This document shows, piece after piece, positions 36,776 through 49,148 of a DNA stretch of 64,000 bases. The notes below the pieces were generated by a model. The model saw nothing but the letters and a program-made list of their open reading frames with translations, made no database searches and was not told the origin of the DNA. How positions within the stretch are numbered: position 1 is the stretch's first letter; the number at the start of each line of letters is the position of its first letter. The stretch spans positions 8,494,001 through 8,558,000 of the forward strand of contig NC_092354.1 of NCBI RefSeq assembly GCF_963676685.1, written 5' to 3'. The DNA is from Mytilus edulis. Lineage: Eukaryota. The position numbers were made by a program, and so were the translations under genes.

Positions 36776-38112
36776 CGGAGCATGTGGCCGAGGTGTTCCG
36801 GGACCTAAGTGTTTAAGACCCAGGGTTAGCCCGAGTGCGCCCCACTTCGTTAAGTACACTCTTTCGGGCCCTAGGTGGTGCCGCTGTTGGGAATCCCATC
36901 CACTGGGTTATAAGCCAACTGGAGACTGTGGGGCGGACTCCAGAAGACCTCAGTGCTGAGTGGGGAGCCATGGCAACAGGTGGCAAAGGTGGTGGGAACA
37001 GTGAGGGCAACCTCTCCAAGGGAGATTTTACTGGTGGCCCACCTCAATGGTAGCCGTCTGTACGTCCGTAGGCGGGCAGCTCTAGTTGTAAATAGTGACA
37101 TCAGGGCCCGTTGGCCATTTATAAATGAATTTACAGCCCGTTGGCTTCCAAAATATTTTAGTTATAGCCAGTTGGCTCCTAGTTAATGAAATTAACGGCC
37201 CGTTGGCGAAGATGAAATAATGTATATATGTATAATCCTGGGGAGTGTGTCTTATGGATCCCAGGGGTTTCGGAGATAGGGGGTACCACATGTTGTTCAA
37301 TTTCCAAGGGGGCGGGTCCATTGTATTTCATTTAAGGGTTCCATACTTATATTCCACCAGAATAGAGTCTTGTTTTTCTCCGGGGGTTACTCCTTTTATA
37401 TAAAGTCGGGGGGAGTGTAGTACCTCGGGTCGTCGGTGGTGCTGCACTAACGGAGGAGACAGATCCGGAAGACGTAAGAGCCTCGTTTCGGATCTGTCAA
37501 AACCTAGAGCCATAAACCAGTACAAGCAACGCTGATTCTGGATGACTAAACATTCGACTAATCAGACGAATACTTGCAAGAGATCGCCACGGTAAGTTTT
37601 GGGAAAGCTTACAAACCTTGGGAAAGCTTACAAACCTTCAACAACCAGAGTGCCAGAGTAAGAAAAGGGGAGAGTACCTGACGAGGAAAGATGGATGATT
37701 TATTCTGTCCGTATATTTGCATCTACAGGTAAAGAAATGTTATCTTATTAAGAAGTTAAAAACACAACAATGGTTAGACTATAAGAGTTGAACCCTTTAC
37801 TTTGAGCTTACAAGCTTAATCTGAGATGGGTTGATTGCAAGCATTTTCCATGCCTCTACTGTACCATGGATCTGGACAGTAGAAAACAGATGGCGTTAAT
37901 ATCCAGCCTAACTGACAACACCAATTTCAGAAAAAAAATGGTGGTTGGACTCACACCATTTTACATGGCAGCATTAGTAAATCAGAGGACCTCCTATACT
38001 ATGGAGATAATACAGCATTAATGGGGCTGAAAGTTTTAGCAGACAGGGTGCGAAATACTTGCATCCTTCAGATGTGCAACAAAATTTTGATAAAAAGAGG
38101 CAAGTTTTTTTT

Positions 38113-38469
38113 TTACATATTATAATCAACCGGCTTATTCTTCAATCTATTTGAACGCCTCAGTTGTGCTTGAGGGCGTGGTGCAGGTGCTCCATTGATA
38201 ACAGGTGGGAGTGGTGCAGGTGGTCCATTTATAACAGGTGGTAGTGGTGCAGGTGATCCATTTAAAATAGGCGGGAGTGGTGCCTGTGGTCCATTTATTA
38301 CAGGTGGGAGGGGTGCCGGTGGTCCAATGATAACAGGTGAGTGGTGCGGGTGGTCCATTAATAACAGTGGGGATTTGCATATCATCATACATCTGTCGAA
38401 GTCCTCGATAGAATTGAAAAATAAGCCCCACTCCTGTTATAATCAGTACAAATATTGCATGCATCCAAT
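38113..38469 (-). pseudogene. Hydrophobic segment plus Pro-rich 11-aa repeats (33-bp minisatellite)
   Basis: MHAIFVLIITGVGLIF, then about 6 x PPVINGPPAPL, ending LRRSNRLKNKPVDYNM; one frameshift near 38335. Confidence 0.55.
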
Positions 38470-38578
38470 CTAATAAATTAACTTATATTAAAGAGGTAAT
38501 AATTTAAATTTAATAACCCTAGGTGATGTTTCTAATTATGATTGCTTTAATTAAAATAGAACACATTTAATTAGCTCA

Positions 38579-40702
38579 CTATGATGAAGTTAGCTCAATC
38601 TCTTCAATCCCCCCTACTTTCCCTCATTCTTACCGAAAAGGCACGCTGCCTTACATTTCTCCTCATGAACTGTCTCCTGCGCCACTGAGGAACTTCCCAA
38701 GTTCTAAATGCCACTGTTCCTAAATAATAAAATAAGTATTTCAAAAATCTACCTTAAAAATACACTATAATCAATCATTTAAGGTATACATGTACACTTG
38801 TCAGAGTATTAAGAACAGTGAAAGAACATTTTTAATCATCACCTTAGCGATTTGTCCAGAATTAATTAGTAAATATTTGTATTGACTGGTGAGCACATTT
38901 TTTTTAACATGTTGATTGAACTTGCATGTATTATCATGATTACAATGACATGAATGATAATAGAAGAAATAACAGCAAATTAACAACTTAGCAAGAAACC
39001 ACAAACCCAACCACCCATCCAATACTGCTCGATTCTGCTTCCTAGAATAAAAATATATATTATTATTTTTTTAATTTACAGAACTGAAATGGCTGACAAC
39101 TTCTTGAACCAGCTCCCATGGAATCAAGAAGTGGGGGTGGAGGAGGATGAGATGTTGGAAAGTGAACAATCTGTTGATGAGGTGCAATAACCATGTACCT
39201 CAATTAAAGATGAACAATTTTAATAATGCATCATGTCAACAATGTATGCTAGACATTTGTTTTTGTTATATAAATTAAATATATATATATATCTAGTCAA
39301 CAGCTTTTTTTTTAAATTTCTTACAAGAACACATAAGGTTTGTTTAAAAACAAAATAATTGAATGGTGTATGATTACAAATAAGACAATTATTTGTCAGA
39401 CAATGTATAGTGTATGTTGAGCTATCTATAGGTCAAAGTATGATCTTCAACAAAACTCATTAGTTGCAAAACAAAGCATTGGAGGTTTCAAAATATTGTA
39501 TTACTTTTAACATACATACCACAATGGTGGACTCCATAGGTGGTGTAGTGGGGCACATGTTCAAATCTGTTCCTGTTGTCGTCCTACATGTACTCTTTAC
39601 ATTTGGGGTTAAAGGTCTAGTTATCGTCGTCCTACTCTTGACATTTGGGGTTGAAGGTCTAGAAGTTGTTGTAGTTACAGATGAAGTTGAAGTAGGTGAA
39701 ACAGTGGGTTGTTTACCAGTTGAGATGGTTAGAGATTCCTCGGAATTCTGTTAAAACAAAATGCTATGATAAGCCATTGGTGTGATATGAAACATGAATA
39801 AAACATGGTTGTCTTTGTAATCATATATATTGAAAAGTCTCGATCTTGCCAATAAAGGAGGCTTTTTTTTTGGTAACACAATGCTATATTGAATATTTCC
39901 AAAACTATATAGATACCAATAATATGTGATATGAGTGCCAATGAGACAACTTGTAACTCTGTATTTAAATCCCATTCGTTTGAAAAATTAAACTTTTGTA
40001 TGCTGAATGTGTGTGCTGGAATATATATGACTATTATTCAAGTCATAACATATATTTTAAAGTAAACAATTATAGGTCAAAGTATGGTCTTCATCAGCGA
40101 GTCTTAGAGATAGTTTCAATATACAAATGTACATTTTGTAGTACTTGTTGTCACCTGTCGGGTTAGAATCTTTCATAGCATGAAAGGATCTATTGATCTG
40201 TCTTTGAAAAAAAAGTTACAAGAACTTTATACTTTTGCATCGATGGTAATTTTGTAATCCAAAAAGTGGAGTCATTGAAGATTGATTTTTTTGAGGGGTG
40301 GTCGGGACATATACTCGTAACACTGAAACAAATGAGTGCAAATTTATGTGAAAATCTTACACATTTCAGTGTGTTGATCCAAATGTCTGTGTCCTTATAT
40401 GTGCATCTCACTGACTGACAATTGATCCCTGCTACAAAAATTTGAACAACATCAACAACTCCGTCACCGAAGAGAAAAGATTTCTCTGTCAATCTGTCAA
40501 ATGTTACTTTCTTGATCTTCCGCACTTTTACACCCTCATATGTATAAAGCCCATCTCCGCGAAACATGCAATTATTCTCTTCTAACACAAAATCTATCAC
40601 ATTATATTTCTTGTCACAATCCTGTACTGCAAAACGACACGTAACACCACCAAGCACAAACATAAACAAAAAGCAAATTTGGAACACAACAAAAGCAGCC
40701 AT
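38579..40702 (-). pseudogene. Spliced type I membrane glycoprotein (signal peptide, Cys domain, mucin stalk, TM, tail)
   Basis: Exon 40702-40361 (MAAFVVFQICFLFMFVLGG..., TGT|gtaaga). Exon 39747-39520 is Thr/Ser/Pro-rich with both ends in phase 0. The exon from 39041 reads IGWVVGFVVSC*VVNLLLFLLLSF. A putative last exon at 38719-38579 ends EEIELTSS*. Confidence 0.65.
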
Positions 40703-41502
40703 ATTTCTTACAGTAATAGGTGAAATGCATTGTGGGATTTTTTTACAGTCCATTCAATCGGCAATCCTACGGAATCACCGAATGGTGACGAATGGTTGTG
40801 TAGTTTAGGTCGTAAGGATGATAGAGGTAGCTCCCATACACTATACGGTTAATGTGACCACTGTTTAAAGGGGAACAATTGTTGTATTATGTTGTATTAT
40901 GTACAGTGCAAGAGGTGATAAAATCAGAGAAAGAAAATTCATCATATGCATTTATACCATTTACTCAAATTTCAAAGCAGAGTGATTAAATGATAATCAA
41001 AAGCATCTACCATTAACTCGGTTGATAAAACTAACTTATTTTTGGTTTTCGTCAAACATTTTATCTCTCAAGTATTGATAAATTCAAAAAAAGCAAACTC
41101 GCCACACACCTCGACTATATTTCTTAAAATCTCAAAATCATCTGAACTCAAATTGATAGATAAACCTAAATTATCTTTTGGTTTTCATCAAGCACTTTGT
41201 CCTGCAAGTGGTGGTACAATCGAAAAAATCAAACCCATCACGCAAATTGATTGCATTTTCTAAAAATTAAAACATTTTCTAAAAATTAAAACCAGATCAA
41301 GTGATAATCAAAAGCAGCTAAGCTCATATTGATTAACAAAACGGGCTAATCTTTTTTTTTTTCATCGAGCACTTTGTCCAGACCCACTAGAAGGTGGTCT
41401 TCTTTTCTATGACTATAATCAGCGAGCGAATCAAATAAAGAATATAAATATGACAGTGTTTGATACACTTTACCAAAACAATTTGAACCAACAGAACAAA
41501 TT

Positions 41503-42061
41503 ATGGACCAATACGCATTCTGCAAAAAGAACAGCATGAAAGGGAATTTGGAGATGAGAACCATGTTTGGTAGAAATATGGCTCTTGTTTTGACAAAAGT
41601 CAACGGGTATTATTATGTCAATTTATACAACAATAACCCGCGCAACCCAGGCAGGTGTTCCCTAGGGTGGGATGAATTTATCGAGATGACCACAATGCGT
41701 AATGTGTTGGAGCAGCTACATTCTCAATTTGAGGTAAGTGTGTATTTTGTTGAGGTGTTTTATGGTACTGCTCAAAGTTCCTTCATTTTTCATCTCCTCA
41801 ACTTTGAAGTTATTTTTTTTCCAACAACTGGTATGATGGTTTTTCTTGTTTAATTTTGAAGGACCCACAACAACAACCAAAGAAACAGATGTTCACCCCA
41901 CCACCACCCTACATTGCCACACCAATAGTAACACCAGGGGGGAAAGACAGCATGACACGGTCGTGGACGAACCTCAACCGAAGAGACAGATTGTTTCAAC
42001 AGAGGGAAATTTTAACCCCCTTGAATTTTTTCAACATCTGCAGCAGTTTGAGGGAAAATAG
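41503..42061 (+). CDS. Small two-exon gene, possibly a PC4-like ssDNA-binding protein
   Basis: Exon 41503-41733 (GAG|gtaagt); acceptor ttttgaAG before 41862, in phase. The FGRNMALVLTKVNGYYYVNLY...RCSLGWDEF pattern recalls PC4. Possible frameshift in exon 2. Confidence 0.45.
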
Positions 42062-42947
42062 TTGTTTTTCTATGCAGTATATACTTCGAGAAACTATTCA
42101 TATCATCATACACGTCATCTGTATATATTGCATAGCACAGACTATCCATCCATATCAGTGAAGAGAAGATTTAGGTTCCCACCATATTTCTCTTGCATAA
42201 CATTGTAATGAAAATAATACATGATGATTTTTGAAAGTTCTAAAATGACACTTCCTACATAAACAGGTTTGTTTAGTAGTAGATTAATGTATTTGTTCTC
42301 AACACCCACCAAATCTTCATTGAAGATTTGAAATCTCTCAAAGGAAGGCCGGGAAACACTTTTTAAGGCTGGATTCGTTGTTTACAAGTTTTATGTTTAC
42401 TCTATTTCGCAAGTTCATTGTTTTTCCAAAGACGGAATTAAACATTAATTTGAAGAATTTTTTTTTTCAAAATCAGTCCTTGCCTCCTGCCTTCTGCTTG
42501 TGTTGAATTGTATATAAGTAGCCAACGAAGGAGACTGGTGAAATTCCAATATTCTATTGACTTTAGTCATTTTCATTCCCAAGTTTGTATACAGTTGTAA
42601 ATTAGGGTAATGTGTGATATAATTTTTCTTATTGTCTAATGTTGGTATCAATTTGGTGGTGTTTTGTCGTTTTCCGTGTTCACCATATAGATCTCGATAC
42701 AGATTTTTGCTATAGCTTGAAGGTGCTAGTGGATAGGAGTTATGTAAGCCATGAGGATATTCCAGGTCTACCTCCAACATGTACCCTTTATCTGCATGTG
42801 TGGAAATGTTTTGCAAATTGAAACTTAATTTCATCTCCATCTAGCCAACACATTAACCCTGTTGGCAGAGGTTGTGACATTACCCAACCATAGAGGTTAT
42901 TAGCATCATAATTCATTATATATGAATTTTGTTTCGCATCATCATTG
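42050..42947 (-). pseudogene. Protein-primed family B DNA polymerase remnant (Polinton/Maverick/adintovirus type)
   Basis: Motif A YDANNLYGWVMSQPLPTG; GYMLEVDLEYP..LH..YPLAP; KLIPTL.NKKNY; motif B KLMFNSVFGKTM; motif C LFTDMD(S)LCY. Several frameshifts. Confidence 0.9.
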
Positions 42948-44242
42948 TTTGCTGTAGGATCAGAATCAGAATTAGCAAAGCTTCAAGATCAAATGAACAT
43001 ATTATCTTCTCTTTGTTCCTCCTATGATGTCTTATTGAATTCTAGCATTTATCCAGAAAGTTTAAAAGAGACTAAAAGAAAACAGAATGAGCGTGAAAGT
43101 TTAACCAACATTACTGATGCAACTTTTGGTTTATTCAGTAAACTAGAAACTTTATGTAGACAAAAAATTTCTCACATAAATCTTGCTGAGAATGGAAAAT
43201 AAATATTCAACTATGTCACAAATGAAATTTTGAATGACAAATGTTTATTTGATTTATGGGTTTAAACAAAACATGCTTGCAATCTAATCTGGATGGTTAT
43301 TCTTCTTTTTTTTGTAATGGTAACTTGTCCCATACATGTAACAAAAGGACTATATGTTTGATCTTGTCCTGATTCTTGTTTGAATTAAAACAGTTTGAAC
43401 TATTGTAATTTCCTTTTCCAGTTAAGGAAGACTACGCCTGTATTTATCAAATGGGATTGCCATTTTTGGACACTAAGTAATGAAAATATTGAATTAGTGG
43501 AATCGTTGAGCTGGACTGATGCTGGTGTCATATTTAGGAGCTGAGAGCGTTTTTCGATGTTCTTGTGTTTGAGGTTTACACTTGTCATCCGAGTATTTAA
43601 TAGATTCTTTGTCTTTTGTGGGTCTTCTTATTTATATGTTAGCAAAGTTGCATATATTCATAATGGATGTGTTGTTGTCTTGTCTGCCACATTGATGTCC
43701 AATCGGTGTTTATCCGATAACTAGCATTTGACTATTTAGGACATATTGGACAGCTGTCTTGACGATGGTTGCACCGGCTCATCAGGCGCATTAACCATCT
43801 TATAATCACAATATTGTAATCTCAAGATCAGCATTTCAATTTCAATTTTTGGTAACAAAGCTGCATTCTTTGTCACAAGTCTTGAAATTGGATCCGACAT
43901 TCTTTTCCTTTTTTTGTTATACTAAGCTGTGGTATCTATTGGGCGGTTTGTCTACATCCTTTAGTAAGTCTGAATATTCTGCTTTGTTTGAGAGTGAGTT
44001 TGCTAATCGAGAAATAAAATGTCACTTTCCCCGAGAAACAAATGCCAAAACGTAGAGATAAAACGGGGAGTCATCCTTGTTGGGTTCTTAATCCTTTGGC
44101 CTCTTCTTACTCGAATTGATACGATTTGGTCCCAATATTATCTATGGAACAGTCTATTACACAATTAGAGCAAATCTAAAATTTAACAAACACTTCAGAT
44201 ACTTCAATTTGAACCTCTTTTTATTTATGTGAAAAGTGATAA

Positions 44243-44820
44243 AGGAGTAGGTCCGGTAAGGGCTGATTTTGGCCTCAAATTTCAGGTTCATCTAATGAAA
44301 AATTTTGGACACTTTTTAAACACTTAATTGTCTATTTCAATTGATTCGGTTAGTTTATGTGAAAGATTTTGACTGATTCAGTCATTAAAAACGCTCCGAT
44401 TCAAGCTTAAATGTGAAAAATCTATTAAATATGCCAAAAAACGTCATTTTTCAGATGGTTTTTGTCAAATATTAAGGTGGCCTCATCCGTGTTCATCCTC
44501 AACCTTTATATATGTTATGTCTTATCATCAAATACAACTTACATTTCAATGTTATGAATGAACACGAATGTGGCCACTTTCATTTAAGACGGAAACCGCT
44601 AAAATTTAACTAAAATGCTAAAATTGTGAAGATTTCAGTAATTTAGCAGACTTAATGATGCTAGTACCCAATACGTGTGCATTGTATTGTCAAAAACAGC
44701 CCATATTTATGTAGCAGAAGCATTCTACTTTCCAGTAAACAGCTAAAAGATTTCATTTTCACAATTTTGTAAAATTGCTATATTTTGGGGCCAAAAAGGG
44801 GTCTTACTGAACCTACCCCT
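44243..44820. mobile_element. Non-autonomous TIR DNA transposon (AGG...CCT ends, possibly Kolobok)
   Basis: Imperfect TIRs AGGAGTAGGTCCGGTAAGGGCTGATTTTGGCCTCAAA and TTTTGGGGCCAAAAAGGGGTCTTACTGAACCTACCCCT. Confidence 0.75.
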
Positions 44821-46249
44821 TTTCAACCTCTTGAACGCAGAAAAAAAAACGGTTTTAGGATTCGGAATCTTGGATTAAATACAATTTATAGTGGATACGG
44901 ATTTCAATCTCACGAGTTAAATACATATATAGTACATGGAGGAAGATTCACATAGGGTTTAATGTGTATGCACCTGCCATGAGGCTATAAGATTGAGGAT
45001 TTATGCTGAAAAGTCTCGTTTTACTATTACACATCAAATGTTTTTTGGAAATTTACTAACATACAACTGATAAGTCAACTATCCAATTCATACAGTAATT
45101 AACACACACTTTCATTGGGGTAAATTATTTCTATAAGCCAGATTATCAAGATGTACTTTCAGGTTGCAAAAATGCATCCCGACAGCTTTTGAAGCAGATA
45201 ATTTCCAACCATTTTTAGATGCCGATTTTTTAATTCAAACAAGACATACCTGCAATTGACGTTCTGTATATCTTATATTTTGCCCTCTGTAACACTTGTT
45301 ACGCACAAACACCCTTCTATAGTACCTTTTAAAACTTCAATAAGACTTAATTTTTAAACTGAACAATGTAAAAGACAAAATATTCCATTGACCAATTTCC
45401 TCGTCATAAAAATTAGACATTGTTCAGTTAACTTAACATTAAATTGCCTGTTGGAGAGAAATTTCGAAAAGAAATTTGGCATACTGAGTCATACATACTG
45501 CATTTCAACCCCATATGTAAAAGATCTTTAAACCTTTTCAGAAACAAACATGTTCCGAATGTTGATTCTACAATTACATCAAAACTGAAAAACGACTTGT
45601 TATGCGAGATAAATTGTCCTGAACTTGACGAAAATGTTATCTTAAAAAATATAATAGACTACTTTGAAAACACTAATAAATACAGAAATTCTAATAGTGC
45701 GAAATCCTCAGCACAGGAGAGAGCGAACTTAGATATACCAAGCGACAACATTAAATATATTATTGGATCATTTGAAACTGAATTATGTTAGACTTTCTTA
45801 TCGGTGGTACTATATAGAGTAATTAGAAACTGTTTTCTTGTGGAATCAACCCCGTTCATGTAAGAAAACATCTAAATAAAATTACCGAAGCTGCACACGA
45901 AACCAAGAATGCAGAAATTGCAGCAACAGACATTGTTGAATTTAAACTTACAGTTGGCATTGAAACACTGGGGAAAAACACGTACACCTTAATTAACTGT
46001 GAACAGCGGACAATAGACATCCGGCGACTAGAATAGCTGATCTTGATGAAGAAATAATTGACACGGATAAACCACTCAACGACACGAAAGAACTTGCTAG
46101 TTCAGAACAGCCCACATAGAATTTTTCAGATGTCAAAAGATTTAAAGTTAACAGTCCCAAGTGCTGCAAGGTACACACATGAGAATCACCAAATTTTCAC
46201 TCATTTGAACTTTAGAAGAGTATCTCAAAATGTAATAAAATCAAATTGC

Positions 46250-46435
46250 CAGAAAACGCTATTGGTAAATGCCGCTATCACTAACCACTCATTATCGTAA
46301 AAGAACATCAGACAGACATGGTAATATCTCTGACGGTTCTGAAATCAGAAGGCAGACACAACAGTGTGGAATTTAGTTGTAAGGAAGCTGGGCATACCAA
46401 ATTTCATCCAGACTGGCATTTTGGATTATGAAAGG
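46250..46435 (+). pseudogene. Sola1-like transposase fragment (a further family)
   Basis: RHNSVEFSCKEAGHTKFHPDWHFGL*K|gt contains the GHTKF.PD..FG motif. Confidence 0.6.
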
Positions 46436-46677
46436 TATTCAAAATTATTATATACGTGTTATAACTATAAAAAAAAAAAAACATTTTAAAGAACAAAGAA
46501 AACAAACAACACAAAGTTTCAATCAAAATGAAATTTGTTAAATGTATAATATTAGTTAAAACAGCTGAACAATAATCCTGATCACACTACACAATATCAT
46601 CTCAACTCTTGTAACTAACTATATATCTACTTCATACTCTCTGATCTCTCTCGCATCTTCTTATATGCATAATTACA

Positions 46678-46789
46678 GGCGGTACCCCCGACGGTTCCAA
46701 AGATGGGGTACCGGGCGGTACCTTAACGGTTCTAAAGATGGACTACCGGGCGGTACCCTGACAGTTTCAAAGATGGGGTACCGGGCGGT
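46678..46789. repeat. ~35-bp GC-rich tandem repeat, 3 copies
   Basis: GGCGGTACC..GACGGTTCCAAAGATGGGGTACCG units. Confidence 0.85.
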
Positions 46790-47472
46790 GAATTTAAGTA
46801 TGATATATACCGTTTAGAAATAACTAAAATACCGGGCCTGTTGAAATGTACTTTAAGCCGTATGTATTAAAAAGAAAGATATCTTCCATAATAATAAATT
46901 ATAATGTCAAAACTAAAATCGCTACAAAACAAATTACCATTATTGTTTGAGATTCTGGAAGACTGGGGACCTATACCATCTACCTATAAATCAATATATC
47001 AGCACTTTACTATCATGACAATATTTGAGCATGCATATTACTATTTTTACATTAAAAAAAAGCTGCTGCTTTAAGATTATGGTATTTTAAAAGTGTGCTT
47101 TTAAACAAAAGAGTGAAATAAAAATATGCTCGATATTTTCAAGTATGTACATGATAAAACTATTTTAACATGTACAGTATTATTTCTATCAGCGAGGCCA
47201 ACTGTTAATATACTTAAATCTGTAGGCATGCAGGTTTGATAATACCTTCTGCTAACAAAAAAGTGCAAAATGACGCATCCCTCATTATTTATATCTTTAC
47301 GAGAAAATAAATATCGCTCTTAAATAAATGCAGTTATATCACTGCAACAACCGATTAAGAAATTATTGTGAAGACAAAGGATAATTAAAGTACTTAATTG
47401 AGTTCATGTTTCATTTTAACTCTGACAACCACGTGCGCTGCCTGTGACTAGTTAACCCTGAATATTCTGGTA

Positions 47473-47716
47473 ATTAAAGCCCACATGACACAGGTAGATT
47501 GAAAATAAGTTTGTCGTTGTTATTATTGAACATTGGAATTAAAGCCCACATGTCACAGGTAGATTGAGAATAGCTTTGTCGTTGTTAGTATTGAACTTTG
47601 GAATTAAAGCCCACGTGTCACAGGTGTCGTTGTTATTATTTGAATTGATTTGAATTATTGAACATTGGAATTTAAGCCCATATGACACAGGTAGATTGAT
47701 AATAGCTTGTCGTTGT
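47473..47716. repeat. ~64-bp tandem repeat, 4 copies
   Basis: AATTAAAGCCCACATGACACAGGTAGATTGA...TGTCGTTGTTATTATTGAACATTGG units. Confidence 0.85.
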
Positions 47717-47887
47717 AAGTGTAACAGGAGGGTCGGGTGGCTTTACGTCACCAAACCCTGCTGTCTACTAAAATGTATGATATCTAACGACAGACGAACG
47801 ATGGATGCGACAAATTGTCACGGAGCTCTCCTTGGGCACTGACTAATGTTCTAATTTCTTATATCATATTTATTATGTACAAATTAT

Positions 47888-48310
47888 CCCCAAGGGTGAC
47901 TGGGGTCTAGAAATATGGTCACTTGGTCTTCTCCCGACCGGCAGTAAAACGCTTGCTGATGTGGGGCGTCCGTTTGGCTGTGCGGGATGTATCAAGTTTG
48001 CAGTCACGTCCGGTCAGAATGGGACGTTAAATCCGATGCCTCGTGTAAAGAGAGTGCCACGCTCTTTGCACGTTAAGAACCCTTGCAACAACTCTTTGAG
48101 GGGTCCGTAGGTGGCCTGTTGCAAGGCAAAATGTCTGTCCCTATCCAATATACCCTCATTTTCCAGTGGCAGTCCAAATTTCCCCGACCATCATCCAAGA
48201 TGGCCTCTATTATACCAACCTACCTATTGTATTTATTGTGAACTTGTTCTCGTCCTGAATATGCATGAAATATTTGCCACTGGACGTTAAGCAACCAACT
48301 ATCAACTATC
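47888..48310 (+). mobile_element. 430-bp SINE, full length
   Basis: 15-bp TSD TATTATGTACAAATT at 47871-47885 and 48311-48325. Confidence 0.92.
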
Positions 48311-48686
48311 TATTATGTACAAATTTATATATATACATTAGCAGTAATTTCATACATTGTTCAATAAAGAGACACACCCATTCTAAATCACTAACTCTAT
48401 TCAACTCTCCCGCATCTCAACGTTCATAAACTTTTATCTTAAAAAAGGCCTTTCCTACTTTCATTACTTTCTCTCTTTAAATCGTCATTCAATTCTAGAT
48501 CACATAAGTACAAAAAAATGTATAAGGACAGAAGATAAACAAACAGAAACATAAATTATACAGCTTCTAATTAGACATGATTACAATTAAAACATGTTAA
48601 AACACAGCTGCACCATACATTAAGATTAACGGTCAATCAGAGAGTCTGCTAAAGTTCATGAAAACAACAACTCTACAAATACTTAA

Positions 48687-49148
48687 GGTGAACGGACAGA
48701 AAGTCACAGGACATAAAGTCACAAATTTGATAGAACAAAAAGTCACAGGACATAAAGTCACAAATAATTTTTTGACAAATGTTTAAATATATTTTGATAT
48801 AATTTCTTTTTATTACATATATTCATTTTTAAGTTAAGGAAATTGCTCATAAACCTTGATAAATGAAAATTTATTAAATTGTAATCATGCAAAGGATATA
48901 TTTATTGGCAAAATGAAGCCATTTAAGTACCAAATCACTTTTGACATTTTGTTTTCATAACAATAATGATAATTATTTGATCATTATTGATATGTATTAC
49001 AAAAGATTACACTACTAAGTTACTTCATATATAAAACTTCAAGAAAAATTCAAAAAAATATTTTCTAAATGAGTATTTTCTTGTTCAAAGAAAAATAATC
49101 CCAAACTTGGTTGTGACTTTTTGTCCTGTGGTTTTCTGTCCTACATTC
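48687..49148. mobile_element. Non-autonomous element with inverted 15-bp subterminal repeats
   Basis: GGACA(G/T/A)AAAGTCACA x4 at the left end and inverted TGTGACTTTTTGTCC copies at the right end, finishing CCTACATTC. Confidence 0.65.
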
